Notes: a model not told the origin generated them from the letters alone. A DNA stretch of 64,000 bases from Octopus vulgaris (GCA_951406725.2 OX597839.1:16430001-16494000); one strand, 5' to 3'; positions 38,793-52,470 are shown, counted from the stretch's first letter. Translations and numbers: made by a program.

Positions 38793-39803
38793 CTCTTAGA
38801 CCAAGGCATCGGCAACCTTTTCAGAGAAGTGGATCAGCATCTACAACTGAAGAGATTCAAGACACTTTATTGCTGACATGCCATTCAGAAAGTCCTGCGG
38901 GCCGCAATTTGCCCATGACTGTTTTACACTAAACGCGATTTGCGCTACTATATGTATCTGCCTCATCATCATTTAACGTCTGTTTTCCATGTTGGCATGG
39001 GTTGGACGGTTTGACAGGCGCTGGTTAGGCAGATCTTTTGGCAGGGTTCTTACGTTTGGATGCCCTTCCAAACAAACAGACACACACACATGCAGAGAGA
39101 GAGAGAGAGAGAGAGAGAGGACAGTGACAGAATTAGTAATATTAACACAGCGAGTAATGAGAAAAGAAATTAATACATACAGAGATGTCTCTGATTATTC
39201 ATTCCAACAGTTCGATTGGAGAATGAATTATGAATAAATACACGAATTCATGTACATATATTTAGCCTGGTTTTGAATTTAGTCAGCTTCTGATAGCGAT
39301 CACAGCAACTGTTTCTCGTTCATTAATATTTATGTCATTTTCTTTCCGTCACTAAGATTTAAGCACGGGGATCGCTGACACAACACGTTTACTTAAAATA
39401 CTGGACAGTTGGCCGGAAAGGAAGACGAGAGATCTAACATATCAGAGATGAGGTCCCTGCCTACGAAGACCTTGTATCGTTTAATGTCACCATCGGTTTC
39501 TGCTGCTTCTTTTGGTCGGATCCAGTTACCTCCCTTCGCGTTGTCTTGGAATCACGAAGGGTATCCGTGCCTCTTCGTTCTCACTGGAATCGATAAAAGA
39601 AAGGCTGCCAGTGTTGTTGTTTTGCACCCCCACCCCAAGATTAGACCTGATCCAACTAGAGTATAACACAATAATGAAATATATATACCTATACCCCCGG
39701 AAACAATTATACATGTGACACCGCTACACATACCACACACCATCCCCGCAGGAATACCACATTAATAATACACGCTTTTCCCACATCAGGATAACCCTCG
39801 CTA

Positions 39804-40036
39804 AGGCGGCGAGCTGGCAGAATCGTTAGCACACCGGGCGAAATGCGTAGCCGTATTTCGTCTGCCGTTATGTTCTGAGTTCAAATTCCGCCGAGGTCGA
39901 CTTTGCCTTTCATCCTTTCGGGGTCGATTAAATAAGCACCAGTTACGCACCGGGGTCGATATAATCGATTTAATCTGTGTGCCTGTCCTTGTTTGTCCTC
40001 TCTGTGTTTAGCCCCTTGTGGGTAGTAAAGAAATAG
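39804..40036 (+). mobile_element. SINE-B full-length copy with 13-bp target-site duplication
   Basis: GATAACCCTCGCT on both sides. Confidence 0.9.
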
Positions 40037-40264
40037 ATAACCCTCGCTGGCTTCATAACATACCCAACCAAGGGGCATAACTCTTAGCCCAATCCCCTGG
40101 GCCCCTTTTTCGTTTCACCACATTTTTTCACAGCAGCTGCTGACCAATTGTGCTATTCCACCTCCGATAATAAAGGGCGGTCGCCATATTCCCTTCCATA
40201 TCGGCGCGAAACCGATTGGTAAGACCAGCCGTGATGGATACTCAATATACTTAATATTATAAAA

Positions 40265-40765
40265 TTGTCCTCGGTGGCTTGGGATAAAAACTGGCCCTTT
40301 CTCATCTTGTATAAGGAATGCCGAATGTCTTCATGTACTACCTGCCTGATAAGAAACTCAGACACTCCTATGTCCCTGGCGATGGACCTGATTGACTTGG
40401 AGGGATCGTTGTCAACCATGGCCTGGATCTCACCAACAAATTCAGGAGTTCTTTTCTTATCCGAACTGCTGTACCGTCGTAATCACCATTAGATTCATCC
40501 AACACGTTCCGAATCCTCTGCACTGTCCTCAGATTGATACCCAAACATTCTGAAGTGTTCATATCAGAGATTCCGGTAAGAATACCACGTAGTACAGCAT
40601 GTCGTTTCCGAATTTCTGGCAGAGTGAACTGCGTCATGGTGCTGTTTTACTCACAGACCACGCCCAACTGACCCTCCTATACTCTGCAGTCGACAAAATC
40701 AAAAACAAATGCGCGAAATTAAAAAAATATAAAATGGCAACAATAATTTACCCATCGCACCGTGT
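40265..40765 (-). mobile_element. Tc1/mariner-superfamily transposase N-terminal (HTH) fragment
   Basis: MTQFTLPEIRKRHAVLRGI..SECLGINLRTVQRIR..; RTPEFVGEIQAMVDNDPSKSIRSIARDIGVSEFLIRQVVHEDIR..YKMRKGQFLS; frameshifted. Confidence 0.7.
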
Positions 40766-40766
40766 A

Positions 40767-40819
<53 letters not shown>

Positions 40820-42439
40820 GAAAAAAAATGATAAATTGAACAATTGAATAATTTGATCCTTAAATTCAATTCAATTTTATTATTTCATACAAACAAATGG
40901 CACATCTAGTAAATTACACCTTTTTTTCCCGAAGATATTTAAGAAGCTATGTCTGTCTGATGAAACCTCATTATATTTAAAACGATATTTCATTATTCTT
41001 GAAAAACCTGTTTTTATTAATGGTATAGAAACACTTGTAATTTACTAGAGTACCCACACCACATACACCACTATACAAGCACCCATACACACTGTTTAAC
41101 CCATTACACCCACAAATACCTTCCCATTCCACACACACTACCACTCAAACACTTCTCAGCACCCACATCAAACACCATTATCCACACATCCTTCAATAGT
41201 GTGGTCACATACCACTATACGAGCACTCCTACACACTGTTTAAGTCAGTACACACACCACACGCCATCATGCATGCCCTCACACTCACACAAGCACATGA
41301 GGCCTGAACACAAACAATTTATGTGGCTTGCTAACCAACCACATGGTTCCGGGTTCGGTCACGCTGCGTGGCATCTTGGGCAGGTGTCTTCTGCTGTAGC
41401 CCCGGACCGACCGGTGCCTTGTGAGTGGATTTGGTAGACGGAAACTGAAAGAAGCCTGTCGTATATATGTATATATATTTATATATATGTATGTGTTTGT
41501 GTGTCTGTGTTTGTCCCCCTAGCATTGCTTGACAACCGATACTGGTGTGTTTACGTCCCCGTCACTTAGCGGTTTGGCAAAAGAGACCGATAGAATAAGT
41601 ACTGGGCTTACAAAGAATAAGTCCCGGGGTCGAATTTGCTCGACTAAAGGCGGTGCTCCAGCATGGCCACAGTCAAATGACTGAAACAAGTAAAAGAGTA
41701 AAGAGTATACACACGCAACACGCATAAACATATAACTTTCACCCACAAACATACATCATACACATGCACACTATATGGTCAGTCACACACTGCATGCACA
41801 CACACACACACACCCTGAACATATCAACTGCTAAATACAAGCGTTTGCACACGCATACACGTTAGCCTCGCACATATACACAAGTCCATACGCATACTCA
41901 CGCATATACACGTCCTTACACACACAAATACACAAAACGCACATCACTACACACAACACTAGGTTACTTGCACACATAGACGCACACCCAGCCAAACGCG
42001 TTTGCACACACACATACGTACACACGTTCATATGCATACGCACATACATACCAGCACATGTAACGCATATCACTCCACATAATGCACGTATTGGGCCACT
42101 TACACGCGTACACACACACAGGTGCACCTTTTTCAGCTCACCCACACATACATATTCACACACTCACCCCATTCATACATACACACGCGTGTGGAACTGC
42201 TTGGTGATATTAACAAGGCGGCTAGCTGGCAGAAACGTTAGCAGGCCGGGCAAAATGCTTAGCGGTATTTCGTCTGCCGTAACGTTCTGAGTTCAAATTC
42301 CGGCGAGGTCGACTTTGCCTTTCATCCTTTTGGGGTCGGTAAATTAAGTACCAGTTACGCACTGGGGTCGATGTAATCGACTTAATCCGTTTGTCTGTCC
42401 TTGTTTGGCCCCTTGTAGGTTGTAAAGAAATAGGTATTA

Positions 42440-42700
42440 ACAAGTGTCTGAGGGCATCCATAAGTCTCTGGCACTTTCCGAAGAGTTTGTTAGTCCACCG
42501 TGAAAATGCTTTGGAAAGTTCCCAAATTCCACAAAGAAGGGTTGCCATTGCTCCACTACTTTCTTTGCAACTGTTGCAGTGTGAAGATCATGTCCGTGGT
42601 TGATCTCACTGGCCTGAAGCCGTGTTGTCTCTGGTGAGACCTGCTCTGAGATGTTTTACAGCCAGTTGAAGATGATTTTCACTCGCACCATGCCAGTTAG
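42440..42700 (-). mobile_element. RTE LINE RT-domain fragment
   Basis: QHGFRPVRSTTDMIFTLQQLQRK...TVD*QTLRKVPETYGCP. Confidence 0.65.
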
Positions 42701-43363
42701 CAGTTATTTTTAGCACATCCCACGACCACCTGATACCCTCCTCGATTGTTTGTCACTCTGACGTATTGGTGTTTCTCAATATATCCCCCCCCCCCCATCA
42801 ACATATTTAATGGTCTATACATGGAATTTAAGCAAAAATTTCGGGTTATCCATATTTTAAACTGTGATTGAGAAAGAAAATTCGAAAAAATTTTTTAAAT
42901 TTGTTTTTCTTTTTTCATAATCGTATGAATTCCTGCGTGGAGAATACAAAATAGCAAAAATTTTCTGAAAATTCCAAAAAGTAGAAAAAGCCATGAGGCA
43001 TTATATGGGGTGGTTAAAGCAATATTCTTCGTTAAGTCGAGGAAAAAATATTTTCCAAACATTTCTTGTATATCGGGTTTCCTGGTGAGGACTTAATTTT
43101 TTCGTCTGCTGCTACAGAAAAAGTGCTTTTTGAAAGCAAGAAGAGGGGCGACATAAGATGTGTTTTAAGAAAATTTGAAATTAAATTCTTTTTTCTTTTT
43201 TTTCCATATTCGTAATCTTCGTTTTTTTTTTTTTTAATTTCTAAAAGTATTGAAAAAATATTTTTTAATGGGGTCCGGAGAGAGAAAATCAAAATTTTGA
43301 AAGACGTGATTTTTTTAGTAAAATCGTCTCCGATATCGAAAACATAGGAAGGAGTGCTTATAC

Positions 43364-43508
43364 CTATTTCTTTATTACCCACAAGGGGCTAAACACAGAG
43401 GGGACAAACAAGGACAGACATAGGTATTAAGTCGATTACATCGACCCCAGTGCGTAACTGGTACTTAATTTATCGACTCCGAAAGGATGAAAGGCAAAGT
43501 CGACCTCG
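43364..43508 (-). mobile_element. 5'-truncated SINE-B with 15-bp TSD
   Basis: GGAGTGCTTATACCT flanks both ends. Confidence 0.85.
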
Positions 43509-44521
43509 GAGTGCTTATACCTGATCTCCGCCACAAATAATACAGAAGTCATTTCAGAATGAAGCATTTATATTTCGATACACACATATATATATATATA
43601 CACACACACAGATAACATCTTTATGCATATGCACACACAAACACGCACGTATATACATATTCTTTCACACACACACATAGATACATACATACGCTCTCAC
43701 ATACACACACGTGCATACATATCCACACATACACTCACACGCACGTAATTCATTTATTCTTTTGACTGCGGCCATGCTGGAGCACCGCCTTTAGTCGAAC
43801 AAATCTAACCCAGGATTTATTCTTTGTAAGCCTAGTACTTATTCTATCGGTCTCTTCTGCCGAACCGCTAACTAACGGGGATGTAAACACACCAGCATCG
43901 GTTGTCAACCGTCGGTTGGTGGGGGACAAACACAGACACACAAATACAAACATACACATACACACAAATATATATATATACGACAGGCTTCTTTCAGTTT
44001 CCGTCTACCAAATCCACTCACAAGGCTTTGGTTGGTCCAAGGCTTATAGTAGAAGACACTTGCCCAAGGTGCCACGCAGTGGGAGTGAACCCAGAAACGT
44101 GGTTAGGAAGCAAGCTTCTTACCACACAGCTACTCACATATATACACATATACATACACACACATATATACATACATGCATATACATATACATACACATA
44201 TACACACAAGTATTCATATAAATACACATAGATGGGCACACACACACACACGTAAAACTTTCCAGAAGTTTATCATTTAAATATATATGAGCATGTCTAG
44301 ATATGAAACTATGGCTAAGGCCAATATCAAATCCTTATATGCATGAGAAATACAGACATAAAACATACAAATCAGCAGTACATACATACATACAAAAATA
44401 CCCTGTTGTTGATGTTGAAATTCCAATGAAGGAGCTTTGGATTTGGGTTAGAAACCTTTCTCTATTGGCAAGAAGTTTTGAAATAAACTGAATACTGACA
44501 TGCATGCATACATACATACAT

Positions 44522-44556
<35 letters not shown>

Positions 44557-44994
44557 GCCTACATAGACGTAATCGATATACTTTGAAAGGTATTTTCTGA
44601 AAGATATGAGGAAACAAAGCCGACTCGTGTGAATTTTTCGAAACTCCCCACCGCACCCTCGGGAAAAAACTTTTCACATTCAATTCCAATGATCGCAATC
44701 AGCGCCATCTGAAACATACTGGCAGAAATTTCCATTTTTCTGTAAATTACGAGGTAACGAAGTCGGTGGAGGGCAGCACACTTCTGTAGGTATAGATAGA
44801 TTTTTGCACGGATTTTTGTCTGAACAGGTCGCGGATTTTAGCGACGAAAATATTTTGACAAATTAAACTTAAATGTTGAAGTGAATCGAACGGCTTTTGT
44901 GTGTTTCTTAAATGGCTTACAAACACCTTCCACGCTGCAATTGTTTTCGTTCCAGCACACGATCTCTGATCAAATCACTTGCTATGCGAGTACA

Positions 44995-45060
<66 letters not shown>

Positions 45061-46699
45061 TATATATATACACACACACATATATATATATACACATATA
45101 TATATATATACACACATATATATATATACACACACATATATACATATATATATATAAATACACACACATATATATATATATACATACAAATATATACATA
45201 TATATATAGTCTGTATCTGTTGTTACGTCATAGACGATGCGTCTACTGTTGTTAAATCTGACCTGGGGCTAAAGAACGTGAAAACCATGGCAATTATATC
45301 CGTCGTCATCATCACGAACACCCTCATCATCATCATCATCATCATCGTCGTCGTCGTCATCATTTTCATCATCACTACACACTCGTGCGTCATATAGCCG
45401 CCTACGTCACTGTAACCGCCACCACCATTCGTTAGCTACCTGTGTGTGTGTATGTGCGTGTGCGCGCGTCCTTGAAACTTCTCAAAGACGACTGATGAAT
45501 TAAGGTTATTGACTGACTGTTCGAACGAGGTTGCGATTGGTAAACACACGCACAACTGTGTATACAGTGTGCATATGTGTGTGTATGTATGTATGAGAGA
45601 GAAAGAGGTATTGGTGTGGAGAGGAGGTCATTACGTGTGTAAGGGCTTATTTGTCCACGAACGTTATTTTGTCTGTGTATATATATATAACCACGTGCTA
45701 TTGTATATGTATCTGATGTATGTATATATGTGTGTATATATATAAACACGTGCTATTGTGTATGTATATATATATATATATATCTGATGTATTTGTGTAC
45801 GTGTGTGTGTGTGTTTACTGCGCTTCGGCTTTACGTAAAACCTTGACCGAAGAAGCCACAACGTAGTCGTTCACTTTGCGGGAAATAGCTACAAAATTAC
45901 CCCTCAAATCACGCCCTAACGTCTTGAAAAAATGACAGGATGGTCACGGTGGGAAGAACGTCATTGGTCATACATTCCCTCAGTTCTTATGCTTATATCT
46001 AATCCCAGACACACCATCAGATCACTGAAACTTAATGAATTTTGCGTTGTTGTCGTTGTTGTTGCTATTGGTGATAATCTGTAGTTATAATAAATGGAGG
46101 CGAAAGGCGATGATGAGGATAATGATCATGATAACGATGACGAAGGCCACAACCGCCGTGACGGTCTCTTATCTTTTATTCGTTTCAGTCTTTAGCCTTC
46201 GGTCATGCTAGAGCACAGCAATGAAGAATCTTTAGTCGCACGAAACGATGTCGGTACCTTTATTTTTTTTTAAAGCTTGGTATTTATTCCATAGGTCTCT
46301 TTTTGCCGAACCGCAAACTAACGGAGTGGAAAAATATATATATATATATATATATATGTAGGATGTATGTATATTATATAAAATCCGTTCTGTGTGTGTG
46401 TGTGTGTGTGTGTCTTCTAGGATCTCGGGCATCCTCCATCCGATTGCGCTCAAATTTGATATGTAGATACCGACGGTATCAGGGCGTATATAAGTCTTAA
46501 AAACATTACAAAAATCAATTCCAGGTGAGAATGCAATCGATAAAGCCGTGGGAACGTGAATTTGTACGCGCAAGTACATCAGTCGAAATCTGTCTTGTTG
46601 GTGTCTCAAGTTTAGATTAAATCAGTGTTTATCAAAGGGGAGGCCTATGGGACAGTCGGACAAGTTGTTTTGAGAAAATGTGGTTTAAATGTTTGACAA

Positions 46700-47650
46700 C
46701 TCAGCACCGTCCATTGGGCGGGGGCGTTTCAAATTTAACGCTCGGGAAGAATGTAAAAGTCTTTAACGTTTCGAGCCTACGCTCTTCGACAGGAAAAAAA
46801 ACACAGAGAGGACGAAAAAAACGGAGAGAGGAAAAAATGTGTAGGGAATAACGATTCAACATAATGAAATAGCCGGAAGAAAGAGGCTTAGTGAAAGGGA
46901 CATAATAACGGTGACTAGGCCGAACTAGGGTGCGCAAGCGCGTGTGTAAAAGAGAGTGGTGTGTGCGTGTGATTGGGGGTGAGCGCGTGAGCATGTATGT
47001 GTTGGCCAGCTTAAAATTATATGAGTGTGCGTATAAGTCACCTAGTGCGTACATTTTGTGGAGTGATGTGCAGTTTCATGTACTGGTGTTGTGTGTGTGT
47101 GTGTGCAAACGCATGGGCCTGTATGTGTGGAGTGATGTACGTTTGGTGTGTGGACCTTATAGTGTGCATATTTGTGTGCGAAAGTTGTGTGTTTATGCGC
47201 GCGTGCGTATGTGTGTACTGTCTGTGTTCAGGCATTGTGTGTGCTTTTTGGGGTGAATACTGTATATTGTGGTCGAATGCATAGTGTGAAGTGGGATAGG
47301 GTCAGGGAGGTAGGATAGGGGTGACGGGAGTTAGGGGTTGACAGGCATTGGGTGCTAGTGTGTGTGTGAATGCATGTGAGTGTGCATGGTTGTAGGTGTG
47401 GGTACTGGGACGTGTTGGGTGCTAGTGTGTAGGGAGTGGGAAGGTGTGTCTGTGGGTGTGTGATGTCAGTACTGAGCTGAACAGCGTATATGGGTGTTTT
47501 TATAGTGGTGAGGTGTGGCAGAGAAGGGCATTTGAAGGTGGGAGGTGTTTGGGAATTTGTGTGGGGGTTGGTGTTAGATGAAGAGAAGTGGCGTATTGAG
47601 ATCATAAGGAGCAGAGGAATAAAGGGAGAAGATTAATTCCTGTTCATGGC
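46700..47650 (-). mobile_element. Penelope-like element remnant: endonuclease C-terminus, CA-rich 3' region and hammerhead-like motif (46761-46796)
   Basis: RHEQELIFSLYSSAPYDLNTPLLFI* resembles the PLE GIY-YIG C-terminal E..LIF.L.T..P.GLN motif; downstream CTGTCGA-A-GAGC-GTAG-GCTC-GAAA-CG-TT-AAAG. Confidence 0.6.
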
Positions 47651-48040
47651 GAAGGCCGGAGTCCAGATGGCGATGTGCAGAGAAGGTGGGAGTCCGTGTG
47701 GCCCCGGTGCGAAGAAGGCTGCAGTTCGGGTGGCTTCTGTGCAGAGAAGGCGGGAGTCCGTGTGGGCCCTGTGGAGAGAAGGCGGTAGTCCGGGTGGTCC
47801 ACATGAAGAGAAGGCGGCAGTCCGTGTGGCCCCTGTGCAGAGAAAGCGGCAATGTGGGTGGCCCCTGTGCAAAGAAGGCGGCAGTCCGGGAGACCCCTGT
47901 GTAGAGAAGGCAGAAGTCCGGATGGCCTCTGTAGAGAGAAGGCGGTAGTCCGGGTGGCCCTTGTGTAGAGAAGGCGGCAGACTAAGTGACCCGTGTGCAG
48001 AGAAAGCGGCAGTCCGTGTGGGCCCTGTCCAGAGAAGGTT
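47645..48040. repeat. GC-rich 32-bp minisatellite, ~12 copies
   Basis: Unit approximately GCAGAGAAGGCGGCAGTCCGTGTGGCCCCTGT. Confidence 0.9.
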
Positions 48041-48299
48041 ATAATGAAAAGATGAGCCTTGTCACACAGACTTTCAAGCTGACTCTACCGGTGTCAAGGT
48101 ACGTCGAGGGTGCACATACCTGTGGAATATTCAGCCGCTTACACATTAATTCAGGAGCAGGTAATTCTCACTGTCGTACGACATAGATCCATCATAAGAA
48201 TATATGACAAACTTTCTACGAACATTCGAGTGTATCCATCTCTCACGCAGTGCTCGAAATATTAACGCCTTCTTCATCTGCATATATTGTACCTACTCA

Positions 48300-49261
48300 G
48301 TCAGCGCTTACTTACAAATACCACCATTCTGGACGCACGGCCTTGCTCTATGGTTTGTACACACCGAAGCACGGTTCGTTGCGAACCGGATCGTCAGTGA
48401 TGCTACACGAAAGGCACATATTGTTCATTTCCGGTAGAAGACATCGTGGAGGTCAGAGGTTCGATAAGGGCTCCACCGAAAACTATCTCGTACAACACTC
48501 TACCGAAAGAACTCATTAAACGCGTCTTCATTTTAGAGCAGAAACGACTTCATCAACTCTTAATAGAAGAAGTCGGTGGCAAAAAAAAATCAAAACAATC
48601 GCAGCTCCTGAGAACGAATGAAGCAATTCCTGTGAGACAAAGTACTTCAAACCGAAATACTTAAACTATTTCTGTAGCGACGACTTTTCAGTGATCTTGT
48701 CATCCTTGCATGTACCAAGGAGTTTACAATTATTGAATTGGCAGTTAGATCGTGGCTCAAATAACACCGACCATACGTTCCACGAACTCCTTTGCTTCGT
48801 ACTGCGATAGCTCAGAAATAGCGAACCTACGATCCCCAGTGACAGCAAACTGTGCAGATTGAAACACTGACGACACGAATTCAAGTTTTGTCACTTCGCA
48901 ACCGACTTGAATGCGACAATTAGCGATCCCGGCGTTACCCGAAGCCCCAGTGTTACATAAACTCTAGATTCGAGTTGTTGGTACCGCCGAAAATTCGGTA
49001 GGCACCCCTACCCTTCTTCTGTTTCTTCATTAACGACCGTTCCATAGCTATCTGCTTCCTTATCGATACAGGTACCGAAGTTAGTATCATACCAGTTTCC
49101 CTAACAACATTCACCAGGAAACCTGCACCAATTCTTCTGCAGGCAGTCGGCCATTCTCTGATTCCAAAGTTTGGCAAACAGTCTCTTATTCTGGATTTTC
49201 CTCATTCGGGAAATTTTTCAGTGGGTTTCTTCATCGCTAAATTTCCAACTCCTGTTTTAGG
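48300..49261 (+). mobile_element. Decayed Ty3/Gypsy LTR retrotransposon gag and aspartic protease
   Basis: IPPFWTHGLALWFVHTEARF..IVSDATRKAHIV (gag), YNTLPKELIKR..EQKRLHQLL..QSQLLR; FFINDR..CFLIDTGTEVSIIP..LQA..FIAKFPTPVLG (retropepsin DTG motif at ~49065). Confidence 0.8.
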
Positions 49262-50468
49262 GAACTGATGTTCGACATTACTCAGATCACTGACAGTGGC
49301 TCATGGGTGGATGTTGTCTACCTTGACTTTGCTAAGGCTTTCAACTCTGTGCCACACAAAAGGCTTATGGTGAAACTCTCTGCAATGGGTGTGGGGGATG
49401 ACCTTTTTAACTGGTTGAAATCCTTCATCCTCAGCCGAAAGGAGGTAGTCACAGTTCTAGGACAGCACTCTACACCATATGAGATGTCATCGGGTGTACC
49501 ACAGGGATCTGTCCTTGGTCCCCTCCTGTTTGTGGCATACATTAATGACATAGATGCCAATTTAAAGAATGCCACAGTATTGAAATATGCAGACGACATC
49601 AAGCTGTACCTTGAAATCAAGAGGACTGATCCTGATGTCTACAACTCTTTCCTGCAATCAGACCTAGACACAATGCAGCAATGGATCACAGACTGGCAAC
49701 TGAAACTGGCTGTGGACAAGTGTACCACCATGCATTTTGGGAGAAAAAACCCTGCGTCCACATACTCCCTCCACAACACTGATATCAAGAAATCCTCTTG
49801 CGAGCGTGACCTAGGCATCACTGTCAGCAGTGATTTGCGTTGGACAAAGCATATCTCTAAAATTGTCAAGAAGGCCGAGGGTGTCTTGGCATCACTCAGC
49901 AAGACTTTTGTTAGCCGCTCTCCAGCCATCTATTTAAAACTGTATACAGCTATGGTACGACTACACTTGGAATTCGCATCATCAGTTTGGAATCCCTATC
50001 TTGCTCAGAACATTGACCTCCTGGAATCTGTCCAGAGACGTGCAACCAAACGCATACCCTCCATCAGACACCTACCATATTCTGAGCGCCTTGTTTCCCT
50101 GGGCATGGATTCACTGAAGCTCCGGCGTCTGGCGACGGACTTGGTAAACACCCACAAGGTTATCAACCACCTCACCAACAACAACACTGAACACCTTTTT
50201 GATCTCCATGTGTCTAACACACGTGGACATGCCTACAAAGTCAGAAAACAGCACAGCTCCCATGACTTTCGGAAACATTTTTTCACGCTCAGGGTTGCTG
50301 AAGCGTGGAATAAACTGCCTGCATCAGTTGTTGACTGCCATGACACTGCATCCTTTAAGGCCCTCATGCTTCCCGAAATCCGTCGAAACTACACCTGATT
50401 ATATATACACTTTAGATGAGTTGTAGTGCACCTGAGCACTGTACACAATTATTATTATTATTATTATT
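49262..50468 (+). mobile_element. CR1-clade LINE, 5'-truncated, with open RT ORF (49268-50398, 376 aa), short 3' UTR and (ATT)n tail
   Basis: VDVVYLDFAKAF, SGVPQGSVLGPLLF, KYADD, ERDLGI, VWNPY..LESVQRRATK, TRGH, FFTLRVAEAWNKLP. Confidence 0.93.
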
Positions 50469-51175
50469 TAGGTAGGTAGGTAGGTAGGTAGGTAGGTAGG
50501 TCGATAGGTATGCATGTATGTAGGTCGATCGGTCGGTAGATAAAAATAAAGATGATCTATTGCGCACCTGACCAACAAAAATACTTTTCTTTTCGTTCAA
50601 GTTTCTCATTCCATTATCTCGTCTATTACATCCCACAATTTTTCTCATTCTCCTCCCTCTCTCTCTCTTACTCCTTCCCTCACACTCTCACTTCTTCACC
50701 CACGCATGCGCAGATGCAACGCCTCTTCGTTGCTAAAACATTCGTGGTTGCAATGCAAAGAAAAACTTAACCCCTCTCTTCGTATATGATGGCGTAGGAA
50801 GCTCCTCTCCTTATGACATACGAATTTCAAACTTCGAAGTTTACCAATAAATACATTTTCCCGATACAAAGCACTACTAGTCGCTCTAGATTCTGCTCAG
50901 TTTTGTGGGGGGAGAAGAGATGCATATATATATAAAGGTATGCGTGTATGATTGTATGCATGTGTAAGTATGTTTGTATGTGTGTAGTTATGGGTGTAGT
51001 TCCTCCTTGCCTAAGTGCTTAAGTGTTTGCTTGTGGTAGTAATTAGTACATTTACGCACACAAATATATTTGAAGAGAGAGTGGAGTATGGCCGGAAAAG
51101 ATTGAAAAATTCTTAGACTGACAGTCTTCACATATAAACGAAGAAAATACATACACACGTGTGTATATATATTAT

Positions 51176-51240
<65 letters not shown>

Positions 51241-51437
51241 TATCCGATTAAGGTTAATCAGGCCGAAACTTCGTAGTCACTGTCAACACTTCCTAAAAAT
51301 TAATAAATATATACTCTACAAAAAGTATTGGGTAATTTTTCTGCTTAATGTAAAATTGCTTTTATAACTTGACGTAAATAAATCTTTATACATACATAAT
51401 TCTATAGATGTATGTACGTACATTATATATATATATA

Positions 51438-51587
51438 CTAGCAAAAACTGTCCGACGAATAGGAACGTGAAACTCAGAGTAACAGGTTTTGTTGAATTTT
51501 CTGCTGCTTTAAATAAAGCATATTACTCTACCACTGGTATTTGAGTACTCTTTTTTCCACCTTGTTTCACATTTATGTGTTTACTCC

Positions 51588-51633
<46 letters not shown>

Positions 51634-51862
51634 TATATATACACACCCGAATAAGCACATAAATGTGAAGCAAGGTGGGGGGGGGGTAGTACTCGAATGC
51701 CGAAGGTAGAGTAGTAATATGCTTTATCACTAAAGCTACAAAAACATCACAAAAATCTGCTACTCAGAGTTTCACGTTTCTGTTCGTCGGGCAATTTTGG
51801 GGAATCTGAAACTCTGAGAAGCAGCTTTTTTTGTGGTGTTTTTGCAGCTTTAATAATAAAGT
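51438..51862. mobile_element. Two (TA)n-embedded hammerhead-bearing elements related to 36064-36292
   Basis: + motif at 51448-51485 CTGT-CCGACGA-ATAGGAACGT-GAAA-CTCAGAG-TA-ACAG; - motif at 51757-51794 TTGC-CCGACGA-ACAGAAACGT-GAAA-CTCTGAG-TA-GCAG. Confidence 0.7.
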
Positions 51863-52435
51863 ATATGTATGTGTATATATATATACATATATATATATTG
51901 AGAAATATTGTGCTGGAAAATGTAATAAAAATAGCACGGCATTTTTAACAGCGTATTTTGTTTAGATCTCTGCTGTTCCAAACTTTGGTAGAATCTAGTT
52001 CTTTGAGTAAGCCATGAAAAAATGTTACTGTTGCCAACATTATTCCCCCTCTCCTCTCTTTCAATTTATTTATTTCACCCCTTCTCTATCCGTCTCTCAT
52101 TATCTGTCTGTCTGTCTCTTTCTTTCTCTGGCTGGTTCTAGTCAACATCCAAAACTCTTGCATCGCGTTTTATATTCTAAAACTTTGGAATTAGCTGACA
52201 ACACTGAAGTTATCTCCCTTATTTTTTGTTTATTATTTCTTATAGATTTTAAAAAATACTTTGGGAGAGTTTGAATGGATAATCTCAGTTAATCGAAGTT
52301 TTTTCAACTCATTATATAACTTATATGCAACTGTATACCTTAATATATTAAAAACCAAAAGAAAAACAGGTGAGCGAGATACTATAATATTTACCTGAAC
52401 GGGGTAGGGAGCACTGCTCCCTCTCTCATTGCCAT

Positions 52436-52470
<35 letters not shown>

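Noticed and set aside
40950-41045. CTGATGA..GAAAC possible hammerhead
   Set aside because: No convincing stem I or stem II pairing
44400-44500. CCAATGA..GAAACC microsatellite-embedded element as a hammerhead variant
   Set aside because: Two core changes and no clear stem III or cleavage triplet in this single copy
47645-48040. CRISPR-like array of 32-bp repeats
   Set aside because: Units are contiguous with no unique spacers; no cas genes; eukaryotic context
49251-49270. TGATG stop-start overlap or slippery site coupling protease to RT
   Set aside because: GAACTGATG reads as internal CR1 codons (ELM); GTTTTAG is not an XXXYYYZ heptamer; the upstream gag is decayed
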